From NCBI GenBank assembly GCA_014905635.1, contig JABVCE010000014.1, forward strand, positions 496,001 to 560,000: 64,000 nucleotides of DNA, given 5' to 3'. The stretch comes from Scenedesmus sp. PABB004 (taxonomy: Eukaryota). Below, one piece after another: positions 23,159 to 34,214 of the stretch. The first letter of the stretch is position 1, and each line of letters starts with the position of its first letter. A program made the position numbers and the translations under genes. Under the pieces are notes generated by a model, which made no database searches, had not been told where the DNA came from, and saw only the letters and a list, made by a program, of their open reading frames with translations.

Positions 23159-25642
23159 ATGGCGGCTCGGGTGTCAATGCTGTTGCTGCTGGCGTTCCTG
23201 GCGCTCTGCTGCGCCCGCGCCAGCGCTGGCCGGCCCGCCGGCCGGAGCGCAGGCGCGAGCAGCAGCACCCGCATCGCCAGCGACGACAGCGGCAAGCGCA
23301 ACAACAGGCGCGGCGCGGCGGCACGCCGGGCGGGGGCCAGGCAGCACGCGGGCCCAACGCGATCGCCCGCACAGCGAGCCGCCGCCACCCCCGGCCGCCG
23401 CTGCTGCCGACCGGCGCCGCGCCCGCCGCTGCGCCCGCCCCAGGCCCATCGTGGGCGTGCTCTCGCAGGCCGGTCTTGAGGAGGACACGTTCGTGCCCGA
23501 GAACGGCACCTACATCGCCGGTGCGCGCCGCAGCTCGCTAGCCCACGCACGGCGAGCGCCAGCGCGCGGTGGCCGTGCGCACCCCTCCCCCCAACCACAC
23601 GCGCGCGGCCCCCACGCCCGCCGCCGCAGCGTCGTACGTCAAGTTTGTCGAGTCCGGCGGCGCGCGCGTGGTGCCCATCCTCGCCGACACGCCGCCCGAC
23701 GTGGTGCGCGCCGCGCGCCGCGCCCCGCCCTCCTCCCTCCGCGCCCCTCCTCTCACCCGCCGGGCGCGCCCGCCCGCGCACCCGCGCCCGCAGCTCTCCG
23801 CGCTGCTGAAGCGCCTCAACGGCGTGCTCGTCCCCGGCGGCGCGGCCAACCTGCGCCCGGGGCACGCTTTCTTTGACACCGCGTCCGCCGTGCTCCGCCA
23901 CGCGACGGCGGCCGCCGACCGGGGCGAGTACTTTCCGCTGCTCGGCATCTGCCTCGGCTTTGAGACGCTCATGGTCGCCGTCGCGGGTGCGGCGGCGCGG
24001 CGCGGCCGGGGCGGCGGGCGCGGCGGCGGCGGCGGCGCGGGTGTGGCGCTGGCGCGGACAGCCCCTGTCCGCGCGGCGGCGGCGGCGCCGCCGCACGCGC
24101 GCGCGCGGGCGCGAGTGGGTGTGGCCGGGCGTGCGCGCCGTCGCCCCCGTCAGCCCCCCGTCGCCCCTCCCTCGCCTCCGCGCCGCGCCAGGCAGCCACG
24201 ACATCCTGACCTCGTACGACAGCGATGGCATGGCGGCGCAGCTCTACTTCACCGCGGACGCGCCGGACAGCCGCTTCTTCCAGTCGTGGGACCTCGACCT
24301 CGTGTTTGACGTCCTCCAGGCGCGCCGCGGGGGCTGGTGTGCGCGTGGTTTTTGCGCGTGTGTGCGTTTGTGGGGGGGGGGGGGGGCACAGGGCAGCTGG
24401 GGCGGAGAGGCGCGCGGGGGCGATGGCGGCGGCGGCGGCCCACGGCAACGCGCGTGCCGCCGCAGACGCCGCTGACGCGCGAGAGCCACAGCAGCGGCGT
24501 GAGCCTGAAGACCTTTTACGCCAACGCCAAGCTCTCCGCCTTCTTCAACCCACTCACCCTCTCCCTCGACAAGGAGGGCAAGGTGCGGCGGCGGCGGCGC
24601 GCCGGGGCATCAGCGCCGCGGCGCACGGGGCGCCGGCGCCGCGCGCGCGCGCGCTGCAGGGCGCGCGAGCGCGCGCGAGCGCGCGGCCGCGTGCCACGCG
24701 CGCGCGTGCAGGTGTACATCAGCACGGTGGAGGCCAAGGGCTACCCCATCCTGGGCCTGCAGTGGCACCCAGAGAAGAACAGCTTCGAGGCGCGCGCGCG
24801 GCGGCGGATGCGCGCGGGGGGCGGCGGCGGACGCGCACACAGGGGGTTTGGGGGGCAGCGGGGCGGCGCACACGGGGCGGCACGCCGCGCGTGGGAGCTC
24901 GGCGGCACGCCGAGCGGCGGCTGACGCCGCGTCCGCGCCTGGCCGCCGGGCGGGCGCAGTGGACCAAGCACAAGCAGATCCCCCACGGCTACTGGCCCTC
25001 CGAGGTCACGCACCAGGTGCGCGCGCACGCGCACTCGCACACACGCACGCACGCACGCTCGCGCGCGGGCACACGCATTGCAAGCAAGAAAACAGCCCGC
25101 GAACGCACCACGCACGCACGCGCCGACAACGCCCCGCGGCGGCGGCGCAGACGGCGCGCTTCTTCGTGAACGAGACGCGGCGCAGCCTGTCCGGCTTCCG
25201 GGACGTCGTGGACGAGGACGTGTGGCTGGCCTACAACGACCGCGTCGTGTTCTCCGGCCGGCACATCAAGGAGGACGTGAGTGGCAGCCCGCGGGGGACG
25301 ACGCGGCGGCGCGCGCGCGGGAGGGGACGGCGCGCGGAGGGGACGGCGCGGGGCGCGGGGCGCGCGGCGACGGGGCGCGAGGGCGCGGGGCGGGGCGCGA
25401 GCGGCGGCGCCCAGGCGCGGCGCGCCGCCTCACGCGCGCGCGCGCGCGCCGCAGGACCCGGTGTGGGCGGAGCAGGCGTACGTGTTCCCCGCGTGGCACG
25501 AGTATGCGAAGCAGCTCGACAAGCGCGCGTCGCTCGCGGGCGCGACTGGCTGGACTCCATCGACGCCGGCAACGCGGCGCGCCGCGCCCCGGCGCCCCGC
25601 CGCGCCGGCGGCGCGCCGGCGGCCGCGGCCACGGCGACCTAG
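23159..25642 (+). CDS. GGH: Gamma-glutamyl hydrolase (peptidase C26)
   Basis: Signal peptide, RPIVGVLSQ, YIAASYVKFVESGGARVVP, NGVLVPGG, FPLLGICLGFE (catalytic Cys), GLQWHPEK (catalytic His), FFVNETRRS. The end assumes a 1-nt error near 25540. Confidence 0.93.
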
Positions 25643-26227
25643 GCGCGCGCGGCGCGTGCGGAGGCTGCGGAGGTCTCGGACGGCGGTGGTCGGGGCCGGC
25701 GCTGGCGCGGGCGGCGCCGCCGTCCTCCATCTGAGGCGGCGCGCGCTGGGGCCGGCGGTCGGTCGCGCGTCTTGCGCCAACATCGGCCTGGGCGCCGCTC
25801 TGAAATGCACACGCGGCGCACGCGCAGCGCGTTGTCGTCCGCTGCCGCCGCTGCGGCCCGCTGCCAGCGCTCAAGCGCCGGCAGCACGCGGCTTGACCGG
25901 CCTCCAGCGCACTCCAGGCTGCGCAGCTGCTGCTGCAACTGCGGCCGGGGCAGCTCCAGGTGCACCGGGACGTCCGCTCGTGGCCGCAGCAGGGCGCCTC
26001 GCGCGGCCGCAGCGGGCCGCTCGGCGCCGGGCGGGCGCGGACCGGCTGCGGCGCTGCCGCTGCCGCTGCTCGCCCGCGCGTGGGGCGGAGGGCTGCGCGC
26101 GAGGGGCTCGGACGCGATACATGAATCGGGGAACGGCGGTCACGTCAGCCCGAGAAGAACCGCGCGGTCAACCCCCGACTTCACCGCACGAGCGCCGTTC
26201 GCCTCACGCACTGCTGAGACCGACCCC

Positions 26228-28415
26228 ATGGCGGCGCCGTACTCGCTCGTGCTCGCGCGCATCAAGGTGCTGCTCAGCCAGGGCGCCGGCGACGGCGGCG
26301 AGACGCTCGACGAGCTCGAGCGCTTGCTCAGGAGCGGCCGCCGCACCACGCTGCTAGCTCAGTGGGCGGGCTGCACGCGCCCTGGCCGCCGCCGCCGCGG
26401 CGTCTGCGAACGCCGCCCGCGCCGCCGCCTCTCGTCGCGCAGCGGCGTGAGCGAGCTGCTGGCGGGCCTGCCGGTGCCCGCGCTGCGCCGGCTCGCCGCG
26501 TCGGCGCGGGTCGTCAACTTCAAGGCCGGTAAGAGCATCTACGATGCCGGCTCGCCCGCGGAGCGCTTCGTTGTGATCCTCACCGGCCGCGTCGACCTCT
26601 GGACGCACCCGCCCGGCACGCTGCGGTGCGGTGCGCGCCCCCGCGCCGCGCCCGGACGGCGCCGACGCCGCCCTGCCCAGCCACGCCGCCCGCGTGCCCC
26701 GCAGGCCGCGCACGGTGGTCAGAGCGCTGCGCAAGGGCGAGGCTTTCGGCGAGCAGGCCCTCCTGAGCGGCGCCTGCCACGCGACCGTGGCGACGCCGAG
26801 CAGCGACGCCAGCCTGCTGGTGGTGGGCAGGGAGGTGCGCGCGGCGGGCTGGTGCGCCGTCAGCGCAGGCGCGCGCGCGGTCAGCGCAGCGCGCACACCT
26901 TGCGCCCATCGCGCACGCCGTCGCCACCACCGCGCCCGCGGCCAGGACTTCCTGCACATCTTCGGGCCCCACTTTGCCGCCGTCACCGCGCGCTGGACCG
27001 CGTTCCTCTCGGGCCGCGTCGCGCCGCTCGCGGGGTGCTCACCGAGCCAGCTGCAGCGGCTGTGCGCCGGCGCGTGCAGCAGCAGGCCGGGCGACGGCAG
27101 GGAGTGGGTGCCGGCGCGTGAGGAGCAGCTGTACTTCATCGCGGTGCGCCGCCGGCGGGCTGCCGGCAGCGCTGCCGGCAGCGCTAGCGCCACCGCCGCC
27201 GCCGCGCCGCCGCCGACGCGCGACGCGCGGCGCGCGGGCGCGCGCGCGCAGGCGGGCGCCTTTGAGCTGCAGCTGGTGGACCAGGAGCGCCAGCAGCGCG
27301 CGTCTGATGCGGCGGCGCAGGGAGCTGGGGCGGGCCTGCAGCCGGCAGCTGAGCTGGCGCCCGGCGGCGGCGCGCACGCGCTGAGCAGCTCTGGCGCGCT
27401 CGCGGGCGTGCGCTTGCAGGGCGGCCGCGTGGTGGGCACGCTGGGGGCGGAGCGGGAGCTGGCGGCGCGGCGGCAGGCCGTGCCGCGCAGGCGGGTCGCG
27501 ACGCTGGGAGCAGGGGGCTGGTTTGGCGGCGGCGACGCCGTGCACGGCGCGGGCCCGGTCCAGGCCGCGCTGCGCGTGGTGGCCACGGGTGCGCCGCGCG
27601 CTGCGCCGCCCGTGCAGCTGCGGGCGGCAGCGCGCCCAGCGCGCGGCAGGCGCGGGTGCCCGGGCGCGCGCCGCCACGCAAGCGCCCCGCCCGCCGACAC
27701 CGCCGCCGCCGCGCGCTCGGCTGCGGCCAGGGCCTGGGTGCGAGCTCATCCACGTGCCCCTGGCCGCGCTGGCGCAGCACGCCAGCGAGGCGGCCGTGGC
27801 GGCACTGTGCGACGACGCTGCGTTCCGGCTCAGCTACGCCTTGGGGCGGCTGGGCCTGGTCCCGCTCGGCACCGCGGTCGGCCACCCGCGCGCGGCGCTG
27901 CTGTCGGAGGCCCACGGCCCGGCGAGGCGCGCGGCGAGCACGCGGGCGCGGGCGCGGACGGCGGCTGCGGGCGGCGCGCCGCGCGGCGCGCGCGCGCCCC
28001 TGGCGCCGCGTTTGGCCCCGCCGCCGAGGCGGCGCTGCGGCACGTGCGCAACCTGGCGGACGAGCCCGGCGCGGCGCCGCCGGCGGGCGCCCCGGCGGGC
28101 ACGGCGGCCGAGCGCTTCCTGGCCATGTCGGAGCAGCAGGGTGGCTTGCCGGCGGGCGCGGCGCTCGCGTCGCTGCTGGCGGGCCTGTTTGACGACGGCC
28201 TGCAGCCGCTGCTCGCGGAGGAGGTGGGCGCGCCGGCGGCGGCGGCGGCGTGCGACGCCGGCGCCGGCGCGGTGCCGCCGGAGCTGCGCCGGCCGCAGAG
28301 CGCCGCGCTGGCCGCGGCGCGCGTGCTGTGGACGCGCGAGCAGGGGCGCGCGCCGCCGGCGCTGCGGCAGAGCAGCACGACGAGCGAGCTGGGCGCTGGT
28401 CGGCGGCGCGCGTGA
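26228..28415 (+). CDS. Cyclic-nucleotide-binding (cNMP) domain protein; second domain degenerate
   Basis: FKAGKSIYDAGSPAERFVVILTGRVDL...LRKGEAFGEQALL...ATV; second copy LYFIA|AGAFEL...VATLGAGGWFGG. The 3' end is approximate. Confidence 0.75.
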
Positions 28416-28583
28416 GCAGGGGGCAGCAGGCGCAGCAGGCGGAGCAGGCTCGGCGGCGGGCGCAGCGCGTTGCAGAGCTGCGCGCGGGCGCGGCGGCGGC
28501 TGCGCCGGGCGGCGCGGCGCCGCGGGGCGGGCAGGCGGCGGCCAGCGGCCAGCGGCCAGCGGGCGCAACGCGGTTAACAGCAA

Positions 28584-28658
28584 AGAGCGGAGACCGGCCG
28601 CTGCAAGGCAGATCAGCATAGATCTATGCTGATCTAGATCGGCCGGGCGGCAGACTCT
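28584..28658 (+). ncRNA. Hairpin H1 built on a perfect 26-bp palindrome (28610-28635)
   Basis: AGATCAGCATAGA|TCTATGCTGATCT, extended by CCGGCCG (28594-28600) pairing with CGGCCGG (28640-28646). Confidence 0.5.
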
Positions 28659-28699
28659 CGGATGTGATGCGCGCTGCGCGAGCGCGTCGCCTGCCAGGT

Positions 28700-28767
28700 G
28701 CCGGTCGCCTTGTCGTTGACAGCAATCAGTGTCGAGGTCCATTGTCGTCAACGACAAGGCGACCGGC
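28700..28767 (+). ncRNA. Hairpin H2, pre-miRNA-like
   Basis: 28700-28720 GCCGGTCGCCTTGTCGTTGAC is the exact reverse complement of 28747-28767. The stem continues with one mismatch, one G-U and CAAT/ATTG. 14-nt loop. Confidence 0.65.
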
Positions 28768-28834
28768 TCGCCCGAGGTGCACGCGGCGCCCGAGATGCGC
28801 CCGCCCGGCACAAACGAACGAGAGAAGTCTTGCA

Positions 28835-28944
28835 GTCGAGGACGTGCTCAGGGCCGCAGCATCTTGGCGAAGCCCCCATCCATCGCGCAATCGACGGCTT
28901 CACCAAGATGCTGGGCCCCGCGCTGACATCAGCACAGTCTCGGC
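28835..28944 (+). ncRNA. Hairpin H3, pre-miRNA-like
   Basis: 28851-28874 GGGCCGCAGCATCTTGGCGAAGCC pairs with 28896-28918 GGCTTCACCAAGATGCTGGGCCC (1 bulge, 1 mismatch). Lower stem GTCGAGGACGTGCT / AGCACAGTCTCGGC. Confidence 0.65.
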
Positions 28945-29041
28945 GCAGCAGGTCGAGAGGCGAGAGGCGGGAAAAGCAGCCGCTGTTGCACGAGCGCGCG
29001 TGCGAGGTGCCGCCCCCGCCCCCGCCGCCACGCGCCGCGGC

Positions 29042-29118
29042 TGACCACGATCAGCCCATCTTGACGTGCTTCTTCTAACGTCAAGAAGAGGCACATCAAG
29101 GTGGGCTGATCGTGGTCA
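29042..29118 (+). ncRNA. Hairpin H4, pre-miRNA-like, 35-bp stem
   Basis: 29042-29076 pairs with 29084-29118: 32 Watson-Crick pairs, 2 G-U, 1 C/A mismatch. 7-nt loop AACGTCA. Confidence 0.7.
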
Positions 29119-29142
29119 CACGCCGCGCTGGCCGCCCGCCCA

Positions 29143-29194
29143 CCGTGGTCGGACGCCTCGCTGACCGTGAGGCGAGGAAGGCGACTGACCATGG
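29143..29194 (+). ncRNA. Hairpin H5 (weaker)
   Basis: CCGTGGTCGGACGCCT (29143-29158) pairs with AGGCGACTGACCATGG (29179-29194), with 2 G-U and 1 mismatch. Confidence 0.45.
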
Positions 29195-30168
29195 GCAGGG
29201 GGGGGGGGGTGCGGCGCGGCAGCGCGCCGGCACCAGCTGCGCACGCCGCGACTGCGCGGCGCGGCGTTGTGCGGCACCCAGCACCGGGCGGGGCGGTGAG
29301 CCGCAGCAGCAGCCGCCGCTGCGGAGGCCCTGCGGGCGCGGGGCGAGGGCCGCCAGCCGGCGCCCAGGCGCCCACGCCGCGCCCCGGCGCGCGCCGGCGC
29401 GCCCTGGCGCCGTGGGCGGCCGCTGCTTCCGGAGCGCGCCGCGCCCCGCCGCCGCCCATGCGCGCCGCCGCGACGCCTGCCGCGAAGGCCCACGCGCCGC
29501 GTGATCACGCCGGCGCACCTCGGAGGCGGGTGCGGCCCCGACCGTGCCCAGACTGGGCGGGCGAGGGGGCGCCGCCGCGCGCCGCGCCGGGCCTGGGCCC
29601 AGCGGTGAACCGCCCGCTCGCTCGCTCGCTCTGCATCGGTTGTCGCCGTCCGCCGCCCATGCACACCCCGCTTGGCAACAGGCCCCACCGCACGACCGCG
29701 AGCCAGCCAGCCGGCGCCGCAGCGGCAGCAGCCCGCACGCGCCCGCCGCCGCCGCGTCGAGCTCTCGCGCCGCCGCAGGCCCGCTCGCCGCGGGCGGTCG
29801 GGGAGCTGCGTCCCGCGCGTCGGGGAGCAGCGCGGGAACCCGGCAGGCCGCGTGCGAGTCGCGCGGCCGCCCGCGGGCCGGTGGCGCGGCGCCGGCGGCT
29901 CCCACGCCCGCGACATCCCGGAGCGGCGACGTTGAGCGCGCGCCTGGCGGCGCCGCAGCAGGTGCGGGCGGCGAGCAGCGGCGGCGGGCAGCGGCCGGCA
30001 GCGGCGGCCGCGCCAGCGTGCGGGGCCCCCCGGCGCGCAAGCGGCGGGGCCGTGCGACTCCCCCGGACGCGCGCGGGCGCGACGCGCGCTCGCCGCCGGC
30101 CATGCGGCGTGGCCGCGGCGCGCTCCGCGCGGCGCCGCAACGCCGCCGCTGCTGCGCCCGCAGCCGCG

Positions 30169-30729
30169 ATGAGCTACGACGAGGTTGAGATCGAGGACAT
30201 GGCCTGGGACGAGGCCCGCGGCGCGTACACGTATCAGTGCCCCTGCGGCGACCTCTTCCTCATCACGCTGGTGCGGCGCGCCGCCGCAGCGCGGCACCCC
30301 CCGCCGCCGCAGCGGCGCCGGCGCCGCAGCGCGCGTGCCCGCCGCCGCGCGCGACCGCGCGGTTGCGCCCGCGCCGCGCAGGAGGAGCTGCGCGCGGGGG
30401 AGGAGATCGCGCGCTGCCCGAGCTGCTCGCTGTACATCACGGTCATCTATGACCAGGCGCGCCCCCTGCCTGCGGCGCTGCGGCGGCGGCGGCCCGCGCG
30501 CCACGCCCCCTCTCCCTCCCCCCTCCCTCTCCTCCCCCACCAGCGGCGCGGCGGGCGGCGCTCGTCGCTGCGGCGGCGGCGCCAAGGCCGGCGCGCGTGC
30601 TGCGCTCGCGGGCGGCCCACGCGCGGCCTGCCCCGCCCCGCCCCTCCCGCCCGCGCGCAGGCGGACTTCCAGGACGTCGAGCCGCCCGGCGGCGCGCAGC
30701 AGCCGGCCAAGGAGGTTCTGGTGGCGTGA
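30169..30729 (+). CDS. DPH3: Diphthamide biosynthesis protein 3 (CSL zinc ribbon, Kti11)
   Basis: Exons 30169-30270, 30382-30456, 30661-30729 give 81 aa: MSYDEVEIEDM...YTYQCPCGDLF...ARCPSCSLYITVIYD. Confidence 0.96.
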   Translation: MSYDEVEIEDMAWDEARGAYTYQCPCGDLFLITLVRRAAAARHPPPPQRRRRRSARARRRARPRGCARAAQEELRAGEEIARCPSCSLYITVIYDQARPLPAALRRRRPARHAPSPSPLPLLPHQRRGGRRSSLRRRRQGRRACCARGRPTRGLPRPAPPARAQADFQDVEPPGGAQQPAKEVLVA

Positions 30730-31067
30730 GCGCGCCGGCGCCGTGGCGGGGCTGCGGCGGCGGCCTTGCGCGGCGGCGGCCTGGTCGCCCAGCAGCGGCT
30801 GGCGACGAGCTCGCCTCGAGCTCGAGGCATCGATCGTTCGTTGCACGCGCGGCACGGGCCTGTCCTCGCAGGCGGGGCTGGCGATGGAGCGCGGCGAGTG
30901 AGCAAAAGCAAAAGCAAAAGGCGGACGGGCCACGGGGCCCTCGTGCTGTGACACGCACACCCTCCGCGCGCGCGACCCGCGACCGATATCAGCCGGCGGC
31001 AATTGGTTTGGGCATGCGACAACGCCCGCCCACAGCCCCTCGCCCCTCGGCGCGCCGCGCCACGCGG

Positions 31068-32203
31068 TCACCGCTTCTGCGCCGGCGCCGCCGCGGGGCC
31101 GGCGCCGGCGGCTGCGGCCGCCGGCGGGCGCACGACGAAGCGCACGAAAAAGGGGTTGGGCCCCATGTGCGGCACGCCCGGCGGCGGGCCGGCGCCAAAC
31201 GCGCCGCCCGGCGGGACGGCGCCAAACGCGCCCGGGCGGACCCGCCAGGCAAACGGGCCCGCGCCGGGGGCGGGCGCGGCGGGCGCCGCGCGGTCGGCGC
31301 CGCGGCCGCGGCCGCCCGCGGGCGCGTGCGCGTGCGCGGCGGCGGCGCCGCGGCCGCGGCCGCCCGCGGGCGCGTGCGCGTGCGCGGCGGCGCCGCCGCC
31401 GCCCGGCGGCGCGCCGCCCTCGGCGACCGTTGTGAGCAGGTCGTGCGCGGCGTTGAGCACCTTGAACGCCTCGTCAAACACGGCGGCGTACTCGTCGTGG
31501 CCGCGCTGCTGCGCCTTGTCGGGGTGCACCGCGAGCGCGAGGCGCGTGAACGTGCGCTTGAGGCCCGGCCGCGCGCGCCGCACCGCGGCCGCCGCGTCGG
31601 CGCCGTCGGTGCAGGGCACGCGGAAGACGGCCATCGCCGCCGCGAGGCGCAGCGGCGGGCCCCGCGCCATGACCGCGCCGCAGAGGTTGATGCGCCGGCA
31701 CTCCCACAGCTGCGTGCGCGACCGCGCGAGCGCCAGCAGCTCACCCTTCTCGACCACGCCCGCGAGCTCGCGCTCACTCACGCGCGCCTGCGGCGGCGCG
31801 CGGCGGGCGTGTGGGCCGCCGCTGCGCGCGCGCCGGGGGCGCGGCCGCGACCGCCGCGCCGCGCCGCGCCGCGCCCGCCCCTGCCCGTGCCCACCTGGCG
31901 GATGAAGTCTCGCAGCTCCTTAACCGACAGGCTGTCCAGGTCGGGCACATCGCTGGACAGCGTGATGACCGGGGCGCCCCCCACCTGCGCCGCCGCCGCC
32001 GGCCGCTGCTGCTGCTGGTGCTGCTGCTGCTGCTGCTGCTGCTGCGCCGCCTGTTGCGCGGCCCCGGCCACTGCCGCTGCCGCCGCCGCGGCGGCGGCCT
32101 GCGATCGCTGCGCCGCGGCCGCGCGCGCCGCAGCCTGCGCCCGCTGCGCTGCGGCGGCGGCCGCCGCCACCTTCGCCCGGTGCTGCTGCGCGGCCTCGTG
32201 CGC

Positions 32204-32285
<82 letters not shown>

Positions 32286-32453
32286 ACGGCCGTCGCCGCA
32301 TTCCGCTGCCGCACAGCCACCACGTCGGCGGCGAGCCTGCGCATGGCGTTCGCTGCCACCGCCGCCGCCGCCGCGTGCGCGGCCGCGGCGCGCGCCTGCT
32401 CCTGCTGCTTGGCCTGCTCCGCCCCGAGTCGCGCAGCGTCCTGCGGCGCAGGC

Positions 32454-32494
<41 letters not shown>

Positions 32495-33945
32495 AGCCTG
32501 CCGCTCCGCTGGCGCCGGCTGACCGGGCGCCGGCGGGCGCGCAGCCTGCTTTTGTCGCCGTTTCGGATGCGCCGCCGATGCCGATGCCGCCGCAGCCGCG
32601 GCCGCCGTCGCCGCGGCCTGCTTCTGCTTGTGCTCAAAGAACTCCAGCCACTCCTGGGCCTTGGCGTCAAGCCCTGGCGCATCGGAGACCTTGGCGCGCT
32701 TCCCGGACGCCGCCGCGGGCTCCGCCGGGCCCGCCGCGGCAGCTCCAGCGGCGGCAGCTCCGCCGTCAGCGCTGCGCTTGTGCGCGCCGCCGCCGGGGCC
32801 CTTGGCTGCCACAGCAGCGGCGCTCGCCTCCGGCTCTGGCTCGGCCGCTGGACTGCCGCGTCGCTTGCGCTGCTGCTGCTGCTCCTGCTGCTGCTGCTGC
32901 TCCTGCTGCTGCTCCTGCTGCGCCTGCTGCTGCTGCTGCTGCTCCAGCTGCTCGCCCTGCAGCTGTTGCTCCTTTTGCTGCTGCCCCTGCTCCTGCTCCT
33001 GCGGCAGCGGCGCGCGCGTGAGCCGCGCTGCGCCGCGCTGCGTATCGCGCGCACGCGCGCCGCGCGCCCCTCCGCGCCGCACCAGCCACGCCGCCGCGAG
33101 CTCCTCCTGCAGCCCGCGGTTGGTCGCCAGCAGCTTCTCGACGCTCCCCAGCAGCAGCGCCTTCTCCGCCTCTGCCTGCGCTGCGCGCGCTGCCTGGCTG
33201 TCGAGCTCCGCCTGCAGCCGCGCCGCGTGCGCGGCCGCGGCCGCCACCTCCGCGCGGAGCTGCGCGACTGTCTGCGTCTGCGCCAGCGCCCCCTCGCCGC
33301 CCGCGGCGGCGGCCTCCGGCTGCTGCGCCTGCTGCGCCGGCCCACGGTTGGTCGCCAGCAGCTTCTCGACGGCCCTCAGCAGCAGCGCCTTGTCCGCCTC
33401 TGCCTGCGTTGCGCGCGCTGCCTGGCTGTCGAGCTCGGCCTGCAGCCGCGCCGCATGCGCGGCCGCGCCCGCCACCTCCGCGTCAAGCTGCGCGACCGCC
33501 TGCCTCTGCGCCAGCGCCCCGTCGCCGCCCGCGGCGGCGGCCCCTGGCTGCTGCGCCTGCTGCGCCGGCACGGGCGCGCCGCCCCCGCCTGCCGCCGCAT
33601 GCGCCGCCTGCAGCTGCGCGCGGAGCCGCTTGACCGCCGCCATGTGCTGGTGCTCGCTCGACGCGAGCTGCTGCTGCACGCGGTGCAGCTCCGCCTGCAG
33701 CGCCCGCTTGTCCGCCTCGAGCCGCGCGACGGCAACGGCGACGCCCGCCGCCTGGGTGCCGCCGCCCTCCCGCGCCGCCTGCCTGCCTGCGCGGCGGCGG
33801 GCGGGCGGCTCGCCGCGCGCCCGCACGCGGGCCGGAGCGCGGGTGCCGCGCCGCGCGGCCCGCGGCGCTGGCGGCGAGCCGCACCCGCCGCCTCTTCGCC
33901 GTCGCTCTCGGAGCCCAGCAGGTCGATGCTCTCGTGGGCCAACAT
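31068..33945 (-). CDS. Q-rich coiled-coil protein with SAP-like helix pair and C-terminal DnaJ (J) domain
   Basis: LSVKELRDFIRQ|ARVSERELAGVVEKGELLALAR; LKRTFTRLALAVHPDK...AFKVLNAAH (HPD motif); polyQ tracts; ATG at 33945. Confidence 0.75.
33113..33568 (-). repeat. Intragenic tandem duplication, 2 x 228 bp (76 aa coiled coil)
   Basis: ...AAHAARLQAELDSQAAR.xQAEA.KALLL..VEKLLATNRG occurs twice; copies start at 33113 and 33341. Confidence 0.85.
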
Positions 33946-34183
33946 CCCGCGGCGTGCCGCCGCTGCTGCTGCTGCCGCCGCGGCCGCGCCGCAGGGCGCA
34001 AGGGCCCGCGCCTAGCCGCGCATGGGAGGCCGACGCGCGTGTCGCGGTGGTGGGCGTCACCGGGATCGAGCGGGCCAGGCGGAGGGGCGCCGGGGCAGCG
34101 TGGGCGAATTCGAGTGTTGAGGCGGGCTGCGCCGGCGGTCGTGGGCGAGGGGCCCTCCTAAGCTGCCACGGGAGCAGAGCGGC

Positions 34184-34214
<31 letters not shown>

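Noticed and set aside
7985..28030. Apparent frameshifts near 7990, 17990, 18215, 21615, 25540 and 28000 (pseudogenes or programmed frameshifting?)
   Set aside because: Those I could trace are fixed by adding one base in a G/C run, and the genes are otherwise intact. Consensus errors are the simplest explanation; read polishing would settle it.
28698..29078. 126-aa ORF over the hairpin cluster
   Set aside because: No recognisable domain, and the sequence is better explained by inverted repeats.
28584..29200. Hairpins as SECIS elements, MITEs or terminators
   Set aside because: No AUGA/GA quartet or upstream Sec-type UGA was noted, there are no shared terminal repeats or target-site duplications, and no U tracts follow the stems.
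30813..30828. 16-bp palindrome GCCTCGAGCTCGAGGC in the DPH3 3' region
   Set aside because: Short, isolated and GC-rich, so plausibly chance.
30169..31780. DPH3 next to a J-domain gene as a split DPH4 or diphthamide cluster
   Set aside because: The genes are convergent, and the J protein has no CSL finger or DPH4-like layout. Adjacency is likely chance.
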